Below are positions 36,881 to 46,255 of a stretch of DNA of 64,000 bases, piece by piece. This DNA is from Dehalococcoidia bacterium (GTDB taxonomy: Bacteria > Chloroflexota > Dehalococcoidia > Lucifugimonadales > UBA1123), in assembly GCA_963664365.1 (NCBI GenBank), contig OY761144.1:1513596-1577595 (forward strand), given 5' to 3'. The position numbers and the translations under genes are program-made. The notes under the pieces were generated by a model. It made no database searches and was not told where the DNA came from. It saw only the letters and a program-made list of their open reading frames with translations. Numbering within the stretch: position 1 is the first letter of the stretch; every line of letters starts with the position of its first letter.

Positions 36881-37351
36881 TCAGGACCGCTGTTGCTTCT
36901 CGAAGTTCTCCACGATCCTCCGCGCGACGCTGATGAAAACCTCCATGTCATCCTCGCTGATGCCCTCAGTCAGCTCTTCCTCGATCTCCGCCCTGATCTG
37001 CTCCAGCTTGGGCACCAGGTCCAATCCGTCTTCGGTCAGTGTCAACCGGACTATGCGCCGGTCGCTGGACAGCCGCTGCCTCTGGAGCAGGCCCTTCGTC
37101 ACCAGTTGGTCCACCTGCCGGCTCATAGAGGGCCCGCCGATCGGGATAATCTGCGCCAGGTCGGTCACCGTATCCGCCTCGCCGATGAAGCAACGGTGAA
37201 GGATTGCGAACTGGACCGGAGTGATCTCGTAGCCCGAAATCCTCTTGTTTAGATCGAACGTAGAGGCGTTGGCAAGATTGGTTCCCCAATGCCCTAGGGA
37301 GCGATCGACAGCCTCAGCAGATGGACGGAATCGAGTCTGGGGTTCTTCCAT
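36881..37351 (-). CDS. MarR-family transcriptional regulator
   Basis: Winged-helix region ITPVQFAILHRC...TDLAQIIPIGGPSMSRQVDQLVTKGLLQRQRLSSDRRIVRLTLTEDG. Start set at the ATG at 37349-37351, after GAGAGGGG. The 246-aa track ORF is an upstream extension. Confidence 0.8.
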   Translation of the reverse strand: MEEPQTRFRPSAEAVDRSLGHWGTNLANASTFDLNKRISGYEITPVQFAILHRCFIGEADTVTDLAQIIPIGGPSMSRQVDQLVTKGLLQRQRLSSDRRIVRLTLTEDGLDLVPKLEQIRAEIEEELTEGISEDDMEVFISVARRIVENFEKQQRS

Positions 37352-37447
37352 GATCATCACCCCTCTCTCTATATGAGAACTAAGGACAACAAGGACAAGC
37401 CGATGTGCTTCGCCATGAGAAAGCCCCCTTACGGTCAGGTCGCGTTT

Positions 37448-37561
37448 GCCAATCACGCATCCTTCCCTGCATAGGGCCGCTCGGGGGCGCAGAACGCGCC
37501 CCGAAACCCCGTCCCCAGCGCTCGCGCTGAGGCCGAGTCCCATGCAGAGGTGGTGATTGGC
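37448..37561. other. 114-nt nested stem structure closed by a 9-bp inverted repeat (GCCAATCAC / GTGATTGGC)
   Basis: Closing stem 37448-37456 / 37553-37561. Inner stem CTGCAT/ATGCAG. Hairpins GGGGCGC-AGAAC-GCGCCCC (37484-37502) and CAGCG-CTCG-CGCTG (37516-37529). Confidence 0.35.
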
Positions 37562-37795
37562 GAGACATACAAAACCATAATCGAAACTATTTGTCAACGG
37601 CATCAACCTCCCTAAATCCACCGCCTAATTGCCGGGCGCCCGCGCTCCCGGCTTTCACGCCCACCCAATCCTGAAAATCCTCCAATCCCATAAATCCTGC
37701 TTCTGACCTCTTGACATCCGCACAAACATTCCTTACACTAACTAACGTACATCCGTCTGCCAACCACTAAAAACCAAAAACTAAAAACTAACAAA

Positions 37796-37825
37796 TTGAC
37801 ACCCCCGAAAGCGGCGCCCTAGAAT
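37796..37825 (+). promoter_or_regulatory. promoter TTGACA-18 nt-TAGAAT with an A-rich UP-like tract, facing alaS
   Basis: Hexamers at 37796-37801 and 37820-37825, preceded by AAAAACCAAAAACTAAAAACTAACAAA. A second TTGACA-17 nt-TACACT lies at 37711-37739. Confidence 0.5.
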
Positions 37826-38048
37826 CTGGCTATGCGGATCGTCTTCCACACGAGCGTGGCGCGCTCTTCATCGCCACACAGTCTTTCCCAATGGGAGGAG
37901 CGCTTGCGGGCGGGTTCGTCTATGACGAACTCCCGCCTTGTGGCGGCGTGATCTCCCAGATATGCAGCCGGGCCGACGCCCGCTGTCCCCCGTTTACTCA
38001 CATCGTTCCCTTGGCGCATTGCGTCACCGATACCCATGAAACCGAGAG

Positions 38049-40724
38049 ATGGATTGCCCAATGACATCAGAAAACTGGACAAGCGAAAATTTACGAGAGA
38101 AGTTCCTGAGCTACTTCGAGTCGAAGGGTCACAGCCGCATGGCGAGCTCGTCGCTCATTCCGGTCGGAGACCCCACTCTGCTGCTGACGAGCGCGGGTAT
38201 GGTGCAGTTCAAGCCCTACTTCACCGGCGAGGCCGAGCCGCCGAACCGCAGGCTCACCACGTCGCAGAAGTGCTTCCGAACGCCGGACATCGAGGAGGTC
38301 GGCGACGCCACCCACAACACCCTCTTCGAGATGCTGGGCAACTTCAGCATCGGCGACTACTTCAAGCGCGAGGCCGTGGACTTCGCCGTCGAGCTTATGA
38401 CCGAGGGCTACGGAATCCCGCTGGAGAAGTTCGCCGCCGCCGTCCACGTCACCGACGACGAGACCCGCGCCCTCTGGGAGGCGAAGGGCATCCCCGCCGA
38501 CCGCGTGTACAGCTACGGCGACGACGAGAACTGGTGGGGCCCCGCCGGCGACGAGGGGCCGTGTGGCCCGTGCTCCGAACTCCACTACGACTTCGGCCCG
38601 GGACACGGCTGCCTGCGCGACGACTGCGCTCCGAACTGCAAGAACATCATGCCAATCGGCGACGTCTGCGACCGCTACGTCGAACTCTGGAACCTCGTCT
38701 TCATGCAGTTCTACCACCACCTGAACGGAACGCGGACCAACCTCCCCGCGCCGAGCGTGGACACGGGCATGGGCCTAGAACGGCTCGCGCGGATCATGCA
38801 GCGCGTGGACACCAGTTACGACACGGACCTGTTCACGTCCATCGTCGCCAGAGTCGAGGAGATCTGCGGCAAGACCTACGGCAAGGACGCCGAGGAGAGC
38901 TACGCCATACGGGTCGTCGCCGAGCACGGTCGGAGCGTGACGTTCCTCGTGGCCGACGGCGTCGTGCCCGGCAACGAGGGACGGGGCTACGTCCTCCGCA
39001 GAGTGATACGCCGCGCTATCCGGTACGCCCGGCGCATCGGCATCGAGGGAAACTTCCTGGGCCGCATCTCCGACGTGACGATAGAGAAGATGGGCGCGAT
39101 CTATCCTGAACTCGTGAACAACCGCGACTTCATCCTGACCGTGCTGAAGCTGGAGGAGGACCGCTTCCAGCAGGCGTTCCAGAACGGCTACGCCATCCTT
39201 ACGGACGCGCTTCAATCGGCGCAGGTTCTGCCCGGCGAAACGGTGTTCATGCTGTGGGACACGCACGGGTTCCCTGTTGAGATGACGCAGGAAATCGCCC
39301 GCGAGCAGGGCGTCGAGGTCGATATGGAAGGATTCGAGCGCGAGATGGCCGCCCAGAGGGAGCGGTCCCGCGCCGGCGCTCAGTTCGGAGAAGACAGGGC
39401 GAAGATCCGGGTCTATGAGAGCCTCGGTATCGGTGGCACGGCGTTCTTGGGATACGAGTCCATCAGGGCATCATCTGTCGTGGTCGGGCTGATTTCCGGC
39501 GACGAGGCGGTTGATGAGGTGAGCGAGGGCCAAGATGTTGAAGTCGCGCTCGTGCAGACCCCGTTCTACGCCGAAGGCGGCGGCCAAGTCGGCGACTCAG
39601 GAGAAATCTCCGGCGGAGGTGGACGTATCATCGTCACCGATACCCAGGAGGTGATGCCGGGCCTCATTATGCACTTCGGCAAGGTGGCGCAGGGTACGGT
39701 GAGCATGGGCGAGACGGTCGATGCGTTTGTGGACCCGATACGTCGGGAGGACACGGCGCGCAATCACACGGCCACGCACATGCTGCACGCCGCGCTGCGA
39801 CAGGTGCTCGGCCCGCACGTCCGACAGGCGGGATCGCTGGTGGCCCCGGACCGTCTGCGCTTCGACTTCACGCACGTCCAGCAGGTCACGGACGATGAGA
39901 TGTGGCAGGTGCAGCTTCTGGTCAACGAGAAGGTGCGGCAGAACGCGCGGGTTCTGAAGGACGAGGACACCTACCAAGAGGCGATCCGGCGCGGCGCGCT
40001 GGCATTCTTCGGCGACCGCTACGACGAGCGCGTCCGGCTGGTCGAGATAGCCAACGGCGACACGTTCAGCTTCGAGGTGTGCGGCGGCACGCACGTAGGC
40101 CGGACCGGCGAGGTCGGCGCCGTGTACGTGCTCGGCGAGTCGAGCATCGGTGCCGGGATGAGACGAATCGAGGCGATCAGCGGACGGGCGGCGGAGCGGC
40201 TGGTGTGGGAGAGATTCAACAGGGAAAAGCGAGTGGGTTCCAAGCTCGTGGCCCCGGTCGATGACATCGAGAACCGCGTGCAGCGTCTCCTTGACGAGCG
40301 AGACGGTCTTCAACGGGAGAACGAGACGCTCCAACGTCGTCTCTCGCTCCAGTCCGCCGACATGCTTCTGGACTCCGTACATGACGTTGAAGGCGTGACC
40401 TTACTATCGGCCCGCGTAGCCGTGTCGAACGCCGACTCCCTGCGCGAGATGGGTGACTACCTGCGCGACAAGCTCGGCAGCGGCGTTGTCGTGCTGGGTT
40501 CGGTCATCAACGACAGGCCAATGCTCGTCGCGATGGTCACCAGCGACCTTATCGAACAACACGGCCTGAACGCCGCCGACATCGCCCGAGGCGCCGCCAG
40601 AGCCGTCGGTGGAGGCGGAGGAGGCAGAGCAGAGGTCGCCCAGGCCGGAGGTCGTGACGCAAGCAAGCTGAACGACGCGCTGACCCTCGTGCAGAAACTG
40701 GTACAGGAGGCGATGTCCGGGTGA
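38049..40724 (+). CDS. alaS: alanine--tRNA ligase
   Basis: 891 aa. FLSYFESKGH, FTNAGM-like TSAGMVQFKP, editing-domain HTATHMLH, and C-terminal DHHA1-like GGGGG. The start could be the ATG at 38061. Confidence 0.95.
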   Translation: MDCPMTSENWTSENLREKFLSYFESKGHSRMASSSLIPVGDPTLLLTSAGMVQFKPYFTGEAEPPNRRLTTSQKCFRTPDIEEVGDATHNTLFEMLGNFSIGDYFKREAVDFAVELMTEGYGIPLEKFAAAVHVTDDETRALWEAKGIPADRVYSYGDDENWWGPAGDEGPCGPCSELHYDFGPGHGCLRDDCAPNCKNIMPIGDVCDRYVELWNLVFMQFYHHLNGTRTNLPAPSVDTGMGLERLARIMQRVDTSYDTDLFTSIVARVEEICGKTYGKDAEESYAIRVVAEHGRSVTFLVADGVVPGNEGRGYVLRRVIRRAIRYARRIGIEGNFLGRISDVTIEKMGAIYPELVNNRDFILTVLKLEEDRFQQAFQNGYAILTDALQSAQVLPGETVFMLWDTHGFPVEMTQEIAREQGVEVDMEGFEREMAAQRERSRAGAQFGEDRAKIRVYESLGIGGTAFLGYESIRASSVVVGLISGDEAVDEVSEGQDVEVALVQTPFYAEGGGQVGDSGEISGGGGRIIVTDTQEVMPGLIMHFGKVAQGTVSMGETVDAFVDPIRREDTARNHTATHMLHAALRQVLGPHVRQAGSLVAPDRLRFDFTHVQQVTDDEMWQVQLLVNEKVRQNARVLKDEDTYQEAIRRGALAFFGDRYDERVRLVEIANGDTFSFEVCGGTHVGRTGEVGAVYVLGESSIGAGMRRIEAISGRAAERLVWERFNREKRVGSKLVAPVDDIENRVQRLLDERDGLQRENETLQRRLSLQSADMLLDSVHDVEGVTLLSARVAVSNADSLREMGDYLRDKLGSGVVVLGSVINDRPMLVAMVTSDLIEQHGLNAADIARGAARAVGGGGGGRAEVAQAGGRDASKLNDALTLVQKLVQEAMSG

Positions 40725-41128
40725 CGCTACTCGCCCTCGACGTTGGAGACCGGCGCATCGGCCTCGCGCTAAGCGACCCCACCGGTCTCCTAGCGTCGCC
40801 GCTAGGCAGCGTAGAGCGCGGCCCGTCCGACGTCGAAGACGTCCTCCGCGTGGCCAAAGACAACGGCGCGACGGAAATAATCGTCGGCCTGCCGCTCACC
40901 CTATCAGGCGAGAGCGGAGCGCAGGCGGCCAAAGTACGCAGTTTCGTCCAAGACCTGCGATCCAAGACCGACCTCCCCGTCACGCTAGTCGATGAGCGGC
41001 TCTCGACAGTCCAAGCCCAACGGATGCTCCACGAATCAAGCCGCCGCCGCCGAAATAGAGACAGAGGCCGGCTCGACTCAGCCGCCGCCGCAGTCATTCT
41101 GCAGGCATACCTAGATTCGCGTGGCTAA
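40721..41128 (+). CDS. ruvX: Holliday junction resolvase-like protein RuvX/YqgF (pre-16S rRNA nuclease)
   Basis: 135 aa starting LLALDVGDRRIGLALSD. GTG start overlapping the alaS stop codon. Confidence 0.9.
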   Translation: MTLLALDVGDRRIGLALSDPTGLLASPLGSVERGPSDVEDVLRVAKDNGATEIIVGLPLTLSGESGAQAAKVRSFVQDLRSKTDLPVTLVDERLSTVQAQRMLHESSRRRRNRDRGRLDSAAAAVILQAYLDSRG

Positions 41129-41185
41129 AGTATCGTGGATTTGCTATACTAGTGTTCTGAGTTGAGAGACATAGGGAGAACCAGA

Positions 41186-41584
41186 GTGGGAAGATACATA
41201 GAAGACGCTTGGGCGCTGTACGGCCACGCTGTTGGTGAGTTGGAAGAGTGGCGCAGGACGGGCGACTCTGTACTCCTGAGAGACGCGGCTGAGAAGGCTT
41301 GGGGCGCGGTGACTCTGGCCGCGAACGAGCTTCTGGAGTCGCAGGGGCGAGTCGTGCCTGAGGGAACCAACGCCAGGCGAGACGGCCTCAGGGCGGTGGA
41401 AAAAAACAGCAGGCAAGTACGGAGTCTCAGACTGCAGGCGCGGTTCTTGGCTGCCAAGAACATCCTGCATCAAGACTGCTTCTATGACGGGCAGTGCCCT
41501 ACGGAGTTGGTCGCCGAAATGGTCACCGACGATGTGCGCGAGTATCTGGGCGACATCGTCAGCGTCACGAATGGTACGGGCTAA
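41186..41584 (+). CDS. PaREP1/HEPN-like helical protein
   Basis: AAEKAWGAVTLAANELL ... LHQDCFYDG pattern. GTG at 41186 after AGGGAGAA. The track start is the TTG at 41162. Confidence 0.5.
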   Translation: MGRYIEDAWALYGHAVGELEEWRRTGDSVLLRDAAEKAWGAVTLAANELLESQGRVVPEGTNARRDGLRAVEKNSRQVRSLRLQARFLAAKNILHQDCFYDGQCPTELVAEMVTDDVREYLGDIVSVTNGTG

Positions 41585-41720
41585 ACAGAGGCCGGTCAAC
41601 AGAAGTCAGCCGAGTCCGGCCTTACCCCATCTTCAGCCAACAGGCGGGTACAACAGCCTCCCCTGTCGTTCGGTGAAAGCCCTGAGCAGGTGACCTTGGC
41701 CGGTGGTGACGACGTCGCGG

Positions 41721-41855
41721 CTACCCCCCCGACCGCAGTCTCCGTACCTCCGCCTCCAGTTCGCGCACCCTCTCCTCCGCTGCCTGTCGAGCCTCGGCTT
41801 CAGCGTCACGTTGGGTCTTGGCCTCGGTGATGTCCGGCAGATACTCACCGGTCAA
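41721..41855 (-). pseudogene. C-terminal remnant of a Uma2/DUF820-type endonuclease gene
   Basis: My translation is LTGEYLPDITEAKTQRDAEAEARQAAEERVRELEAEVRRLRSGG*, preceded directly by a stop codon. It resembles only the coiled-coil tail of that family. Confidence 0.3.
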
Positions 41856-41883
41856 TCACCCCCGGGCTCCGCCGGGGCAGGCT

Positions 41884-42786
41884 CTACGATTCGCCGCCCC
41901 TGAGCCTGGGGTCGAGGAGGTCCCGCATGGCGTCGCCGAACATGTTTAGACAGTAAACGACAGTGGTCAGGCAAAGGCCGGGCCACAGAGCCAGGTGTGG
42001 GGCGACCTCCATGTACTGACGCCCTTCCCGGCTGAGCATAGCGCCCCAGCTAGGAACCTCGATGGGCAGTCCAAATCCGAGAAAGCTCAGGGAGGCCTCG
42101 GTGATGATCACTCCCCCGATGTTGATGGTGAATATGATGATGACCGGAGCCATGATATTGGGCAGGACATGTCGGACAAGTGTTGCGGCGCCTGTGCTCC
42201 CAATTGCCCGCGCCGCCAGGAAATAGTCGTTCTCTTTAATACCGATCACGGCGCCTCGGACGACTCTTGAGCCGCCGATGCCTCCTGCTATCCCCAGGAC
42301 CACGATGATCTGTAATAGACCCTGCCCCGCGATGGACATGATCGTCAGCAACAGGAGCAGACCCGGGAAAGCCATCCAGGCATCGACGAATCTCTGCACA
42401 CCCAGGTCCAGTTTACCGCCGATGAATCCTGAAGCGCCGCCCACCAGGACCGCGACGACAACATTGAGAGCAGTCGCGGCCAGACCGACCGTTAGCGAAA
42501 TTCGAGCCCCGACGATCAGGCGGCTCAGGAGGTCTCGCCCTATGTGGTCGGTACCCAGGAGATACCGGGCTGATGGGCCAGTCAGCCTGTCTGCCAGGTG
42601 TCGCTCACTATATCCATAGGGAGCTAAAACATCGGCAAAGATAGCGACAAAAATCAAGATCAATATGATTATCCCGCTGATAGTACCCAGCGGCTTCTCC
42701 CTGACCAGCCTGACAAAGAAATCAGCCAGCCGGCTACGCCTTTTAGGCTCACTTACTGCTGATGGTATCCCTATGGCATCACTCAT
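41884..42786 (-). CDS. ABC transporter permease (peptide/nickel family, DppC/OppC-like)
   Basis: 300 aa. EAARAIG-like LAARAIGSTG motif. Confidence 0.85.
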   Translation of the reverse strand: MSDAIGIPSAVSEPKRRSRLADFFVRLVREKPLGTISGIIILILIFVAIFADVLAPYGYSERHLADRLTGPSARYLLGTDHIGRDLLSRLIVGARISLTVGLAATALNVVVAVLVGGASGFIGGKLDLGVQRFVDAWMAFPGLLLLLTIMSIAGQGLLQIIVVLGIAGGIGGSRVVRGAVIGIKENDYFLAARAIGSTGAATLVRHVLPNIMAPVIIIFTINIGGVIITEASLSFLGFGLPIEVPSWGAMLSREGRQYMEVAPHLALWPGLCLTTVVYCLNMFGDAMRDLLDPRLRGGES

Positions 42787-42804
42787 ATTCCTGATTTCCC
42801 CCCT

Positions 42805-43767
42805 TTAGCTATATCGGACCCTGGGATCCAAGAACGGATAAATCAGGTCGATCATTAGATTAATCCCCACAACCGCCGTGGCGAAAACCAGGTTTACTCC
42901 GGAGACCACCGGGTAGTCTCTGTCATTGAGTGCATCTAGCAAGAGACGACCCAACCCCGGCAGGTTGAATATGTTCTCCATGATAACGGCGCCGCCCACC
43001 AGCAGCGGCAACTGCAGTCCGATCAGGGACACGACCGGGATGAGGGCATTCTTGACGGCGTGTCTCATAATAACTACCCTCTCATTGAGACCCTTGGACC
43101 AGGCGGTGCGGATGTAGTCCTGCCTGAGCGCCTCCAGCATCATGGTGCGGGTCATGCGCATGGTGGCTGCAGCCGAGGCCGTTCCCAGAATCAGGCTGGG
43201 GATGAGAAACATGCCAAGATTCCCCAGCGGGTCTTCGGTGAAAGGAATCAGCCGCATCGGTGGCGACCAGCCCCACCAGATGGCGGGGTAGATCATGACC
43301 ATAATTCCCAGCCAGAAGTTGGGCGTTGCCAGGCCGAGGATGGCGACTGAGCGCCCCAGGTAGTCGACGGCTGTATCCTGGCGAATTGCCGAGTAGATGC
43401 CGACCGGCAGGGCTATCAACAGCCCAATTACGATTGCCATGACACCAAGCTCAATGGTGACCGGCAATCTACCGAGAATCTTCTCCTCTACCGCCCAATC
43501 CCCCATCAGGGAGTTGCCAAGGGTGCCGTGCAGCAAGATATCCCCCAACCAGCGACCGTACTGCACATAGACCGGCTGGTCCAATCCCAGCATCTGCTCG
43601 AGCGCTGCACGGTCCACCTGCCCCAGGCCTGCCAACCGACCTTGCATGGCGTCGATGACATCGCCCGGGATGAAGCGCACCGAGAGAAAGACGAGGATGC
43701 TCAGGATAAACAGGGTGGGGAGTACCAGCAATAATCGTCTGATGAGATAGGCTCTCATGTGACACAC
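42805..43767 (-). CDS. ABC transporter permease (peptide/nickel family, DppB/OppB-like)
   Basis: 320 aa. N-terminal YLIRRLLLVLPTLFILSILVF and the motif YIRTAWSKGL. Confidence 0.85.
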   Translation of the reverse strand: MCHMRAYLIRRLLLVLPTLFILSILVFLSVRFIPGDVIDAMQGRLAGLGQVDRAALEQMLGLDQPVYVQYGRWLGDILLHGTLGNSLMGDWAVEEKILGRLPVTIELGVMAIVIGLLIALPVGIYSAIRQDTAVDYLGRSVAILGLATPNFWLGIMVMIYPAIWWGWSPPMRLIPFTEDPLGNLGMFLIPSLILGTASAAATMRMTRTMMLEALRQDYIRTAWSKGLNERVVIMRHAVKNALIPVVSLIGLQLPLLVGGAVIMENIFNLPGLGRLLLDALNDRDYPVVSGVNLVFATAVVGINLMIDLIYPFLDPRVRYS

Positions 43768-43927
43768 CTTGTCTTTCTACAAGCTGTCATTGGTAGGAGG
43801 GATAGGGGATAAGGTATAAGGATAGTGGAAGGGGTTCTCGCCCCCTTATGGGGTATCCGGGCAACTCAGAAGAGATGGGGTGAGACCCTCGCTTGAGACC
43901 GTCAACCGGTCCCTGAAACATACTAAG

Positions 43928-43967
43928 AGTCCCTCCTGCCCACCCAGTTGGGTGGGCAGGAGGGACT
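43928..43967. repeat. perfect 19-bp palindromic hairpin between the binding-protein and permease genes
   Basis: AGTCCCTCCTGCCCACCCA-GT-TGGGTGGGCAGGAGGGACT. Confidence 0.85.
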
Positions 43968-43989
43968 AAGACGGCCAGTTCTTGATCGC

Positions 43990-46116
43990 CTAATGACCCA
44001 TTTCTGCCTTTAACGCACTGTCAATCCAGAGGCGGTGTAAAACACCACGCTCCATAAATCCGAGCCAGTTTTCACCGTTAAAGCCGATGACCCACGGCTG
44101 GTGTGCCATGTACTTTCCAGCTTTAGGACCCCATATCCACCAGTGGTTCTCCATGGTGTACATATCCACCTCTTTAACCAGTTTCTGCCGTTCCTCTTCG
44201 GAAGTGGTGGCTTGGGCGGCGTCGAGAAGGGAGTCCAACTCAGGGTACCTGATTCCGTGTAAGTCTTCGTAGCTGCTCGAGTGTACCATCTGGCGTACAA
44301 AACCCAACGGCTCAGTATTGTTGCCCAGCGTGTGAAATATCAGACCTTCCCAAGTACGGTTGGTGCGAGTAGGGCCAGCGCCAGCTTCATCCAATACGTT
44401 GATCTCTACATCAACGCCAATATCAGCCCAGTAGCTGGCCGCTAATTCACTGAAACCCAATGGAAACCGATAGAGATGGTTCAACACGGTCTTGAATCGA
44501 GTGCCGTCCGCGCCGCGGGTAAGCCCAGCCTCATCCAGCAAAGCTTCCGCCCCTGCCGGATCGTACCGATAGCCTTTCTTGACCTCTTCGGGCCACTCGT
44601 CGAAGGGGGTGAAATACCCGCTGACTCCTTCCCCTATGATACCCTGAGGCTGCCAGGCTGAAGTGCCCTTGTAGACGCTGCGGTGAATGCCCTCGAGGTC
44701 GATGGCCATCTGCATGGCCCGGCGCACCCTGACGTCGTCAAAGGGCGGCTTGCTCGCGTCCAGAACATAGGAGTTTTCGGAACGGTCCCACCAGGGCTGC
44801 AGCACGATTTCGGGGTTGCTCTTCTGGAGGCTCTCGAGCACTTCGACCGAGTTGATGTCAGCCCAAGCGGCAGGGGCACCCATGAAATCAATCTTACCAG
44901 AACGCAGTCCCGCCAGACGGGTCTCTTCCTCTGCGATGAAAAGGCCCTGTATCTCGTCGATATAGGGCAGACGATTCCCCGGGTACTTCTCGTCGTCTTT
45001 CCAGTAGTCAGGATTCTTCTGCAAGGTAATGGAGCTGCCGTCGATCCAGTCAGAAAGGAAATAGGGCCCGGTACCGACCAGGTTCCTCCAGTCCTTCACG
45101 TCACCGTGCTGCTGGATAACCTCGGGCGCGTTCATATAGGTCAGTCCGATGCCGAGATACTGTCCAAGAGCTGCACTGCTAGGCTCCGCCAGCTTGATAA
45201 CAACCGTGTATCGGTCGGTGGCCGTTACCGACTCGCCAGGTGGCCGCTGATACGTAAAAGGGCTCGGTCCGGCGTCGGCAAAGTCGCCCAGGCCCAGCAT
45301 GCGGTGAAAGTTGAATACGACATCATCAGCAGTAAACTCTCTCCCGTTCATCGGTGCCTTGTTTTGCCATTTAACCCCTTTGCGGATGTTGAAGATGATC
45401 GTGAGTGGGTCGGGGGTGTCCCAGCTCTCAGCCAGATGTGGTCTATAGAGGGATAGTGGTATGTACGAGTTTCTGAACGAAAATATGTCCCTATCTATTG
45501 CCCAGTCCATGATTCCCAGTTTCTCTACAGTGTGGCCGGAGACAATCGCTACGACATGTACGAAATGAGTGTCGGCATGTGCTGGCTCGTTGTTTGTGGC
45601 AAAGGTCAATGTCCCGCCATACTCTGGCGCGCTCACCACCTTGCCGGTGGAGGGGTCGGTCACGTACTTCTTACCCGCTACCTCTTGCACGACCACTTTC
45701 TCCACCACCACGGTCTGGCCGGGCACCTCGACGGTCTTGACGACCTCTTTCTCCACCACCACGGTCTCGCCGGGCACCTGAACCTCTTTGACCACCTCTA
45801 CGGTGACGGTCTCACCGGGGACCTCGACGGTCTTGACGACCTCTTTCTCAACCACGACGGTCTCGCCGGGCACCTCGACGGTCTCAGTTACCACTTCCTT
45901 CACCACGACGGTCTCGCCGGGGACTTGTACCTCTTTGACGACCTCCTTGACGACGGTCTCACCAGGGACCTCGACGGTTCTGACGACCTCTTTCTCGACT
46001 ACTACGGTCTCACCGGGGACCTCTACGGTCTCTCCGGCGCAGGCCGCGGCGAACGCCAACAGCATTGCTACTCCTGCTACTACGACCAGCCAACGAAGTG
46101 GATTGGATGTACGCAT
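43990..46116 (-). CDS. ABC transporter substrate-binding lipoprotein (family 5, peptide/nickel) with repetitive N-terminal linker
   Basis: 708 aa. Lipobox AFAAAC. The family 5 SBP body starts around GTLTFATNNEP. Confidence 0.85.
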   Translation of the reverse strand: MRTSNPLRWLVVVAGVAMLLAFAAACAGETVEVPGETVVVEKEVVRTVEVPGETVVKEVVKEVQVPGETVVVKEVVTETVEVPGETVVVEKEVVKTVEVPGETVTVEVVKEVQVPGETVVVEKEVVKTVEVPGQTVVVEKVVVQEVAGKKYVTDPSTGKVVSAPEYGGTLTFATNNEPAHADTHFVHVVAIVSGHTVEKLGIMDWAIDRDIFSFRNSYIPLSLYRPHLAESWDTPDPLTIIFNIRKGVKWQNKAPMNGREFTADDVVFNFHRMLGLGDFADAGPSPFTYQRPPGESVTATDRYTVVIKLAEPSSAALGQYLGIGLTYMNAPEVIQQHGDVKDWRNLVGTGPYFLSDWIDGSSITLQKNPDYWKDDEKYPGNRLPYIDEIQGLFIAEEETRLAGLRSGKIDFMGAPAAWADINSVEVLESLQKSNPEIVLQPWWDRSENSYVLDASKPPFDDVRVRRAMQMAIDLEGIHRSVYKGTSAWQPQGIIGEGVSGYFTPFDEWPEEVKKGYRYDPAGAEALLDEAGLTRGADGTRFKTVLNHLYRFPLGFSELAASYWADIGVDVEINVLDEAGAGPTRTNRTWEGLIFHTLGNNTEPLGFVRQMVHSSSYEDLHGIRYPELDSLLDAAQATTSEEERQKLVKEVDMYTMENHWWIWGPKAGKYMAHQPWVIGFNGENWLGFMERGVLHRLWIDSALKAEMGH
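45666..46032 (-). repeat. coding tandem repeat, about seven units of VEVPGETVVVEKEVVKT
   Basis: Visible in the translation and as repeats of about 48 nt in the DNA. Confidence 0.85.
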
Positions 46117-46141
46117 GTCGATGCCTCCTTGTTTGGTGAGT

Positions 46142-46180
46142 CACCCTCACCCTAGCCCTATCCCATCAAGGGAGAGGGGA
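46142..46180 (-). repeat. hairpin + TAGGGTGAGGGTG repeat, copy in the 5' UTR of the binding-protein gene
   Basis: The reverse complement reads CCCCTCTCCCTTGATGGGATAGGG-CTAGGGTGAGGGTG, immediately before the SD AAGGAGG. Confidence 0.75.
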
Positions 46181-46227
46181 TCTGGTCCGCAATGGCGCGG
46201 AACCTGTCCCCATGACGGGATGTGAGA

Positions 46228-46255
46228 GTTATACCACTTTCTCCCCCCCCGTCAA
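46228..46255 (-). promoter_or_regulatory. promoter TTGACG-16 nt-TATAAC for the peptide ABC operon
   Basis: The reverse complement of 46250-46255 and 46228-46233 gives the two hexamers. Confidence 0.45.

Noticed and set aside
37448-37561. The structured 114-nt element considered as 5S rRNA or SRP RNA.
   Set aside because: The size and closing stem resemble 5S. However, the conserved 5S loop motifs (CCGAAC, GUGAAAC, GAGAGUAGG) and the SRP GGAAGCAGC region are absent on both strands. A GGUCAGGUC string nearby is not followed by the SRP consensus.
36881-37621. The full 246-aa version of the MarR ORF.
   Set aside because: The N-terminal 90 codons run through the structured GC-rich element and have no MarR homology. 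An SD plus ATG at 37351 gives a normal-sized MarR protein.
37826-38048. A T-box riboswitch upstream of alaS.
   Set aside because: I found no recognisable T-box sequence (AANNNGGGUGGNACCGCG) or specifier-loop context by eye. The long leader is still reported as a low-interest finding.
37819-38082. 87-aa minus-strand ORF in the alaS upstream region.
   Set aside because: It has no SD and no recognisable motif. It lies antisense to the predicted alaS leader and is probably spurious.
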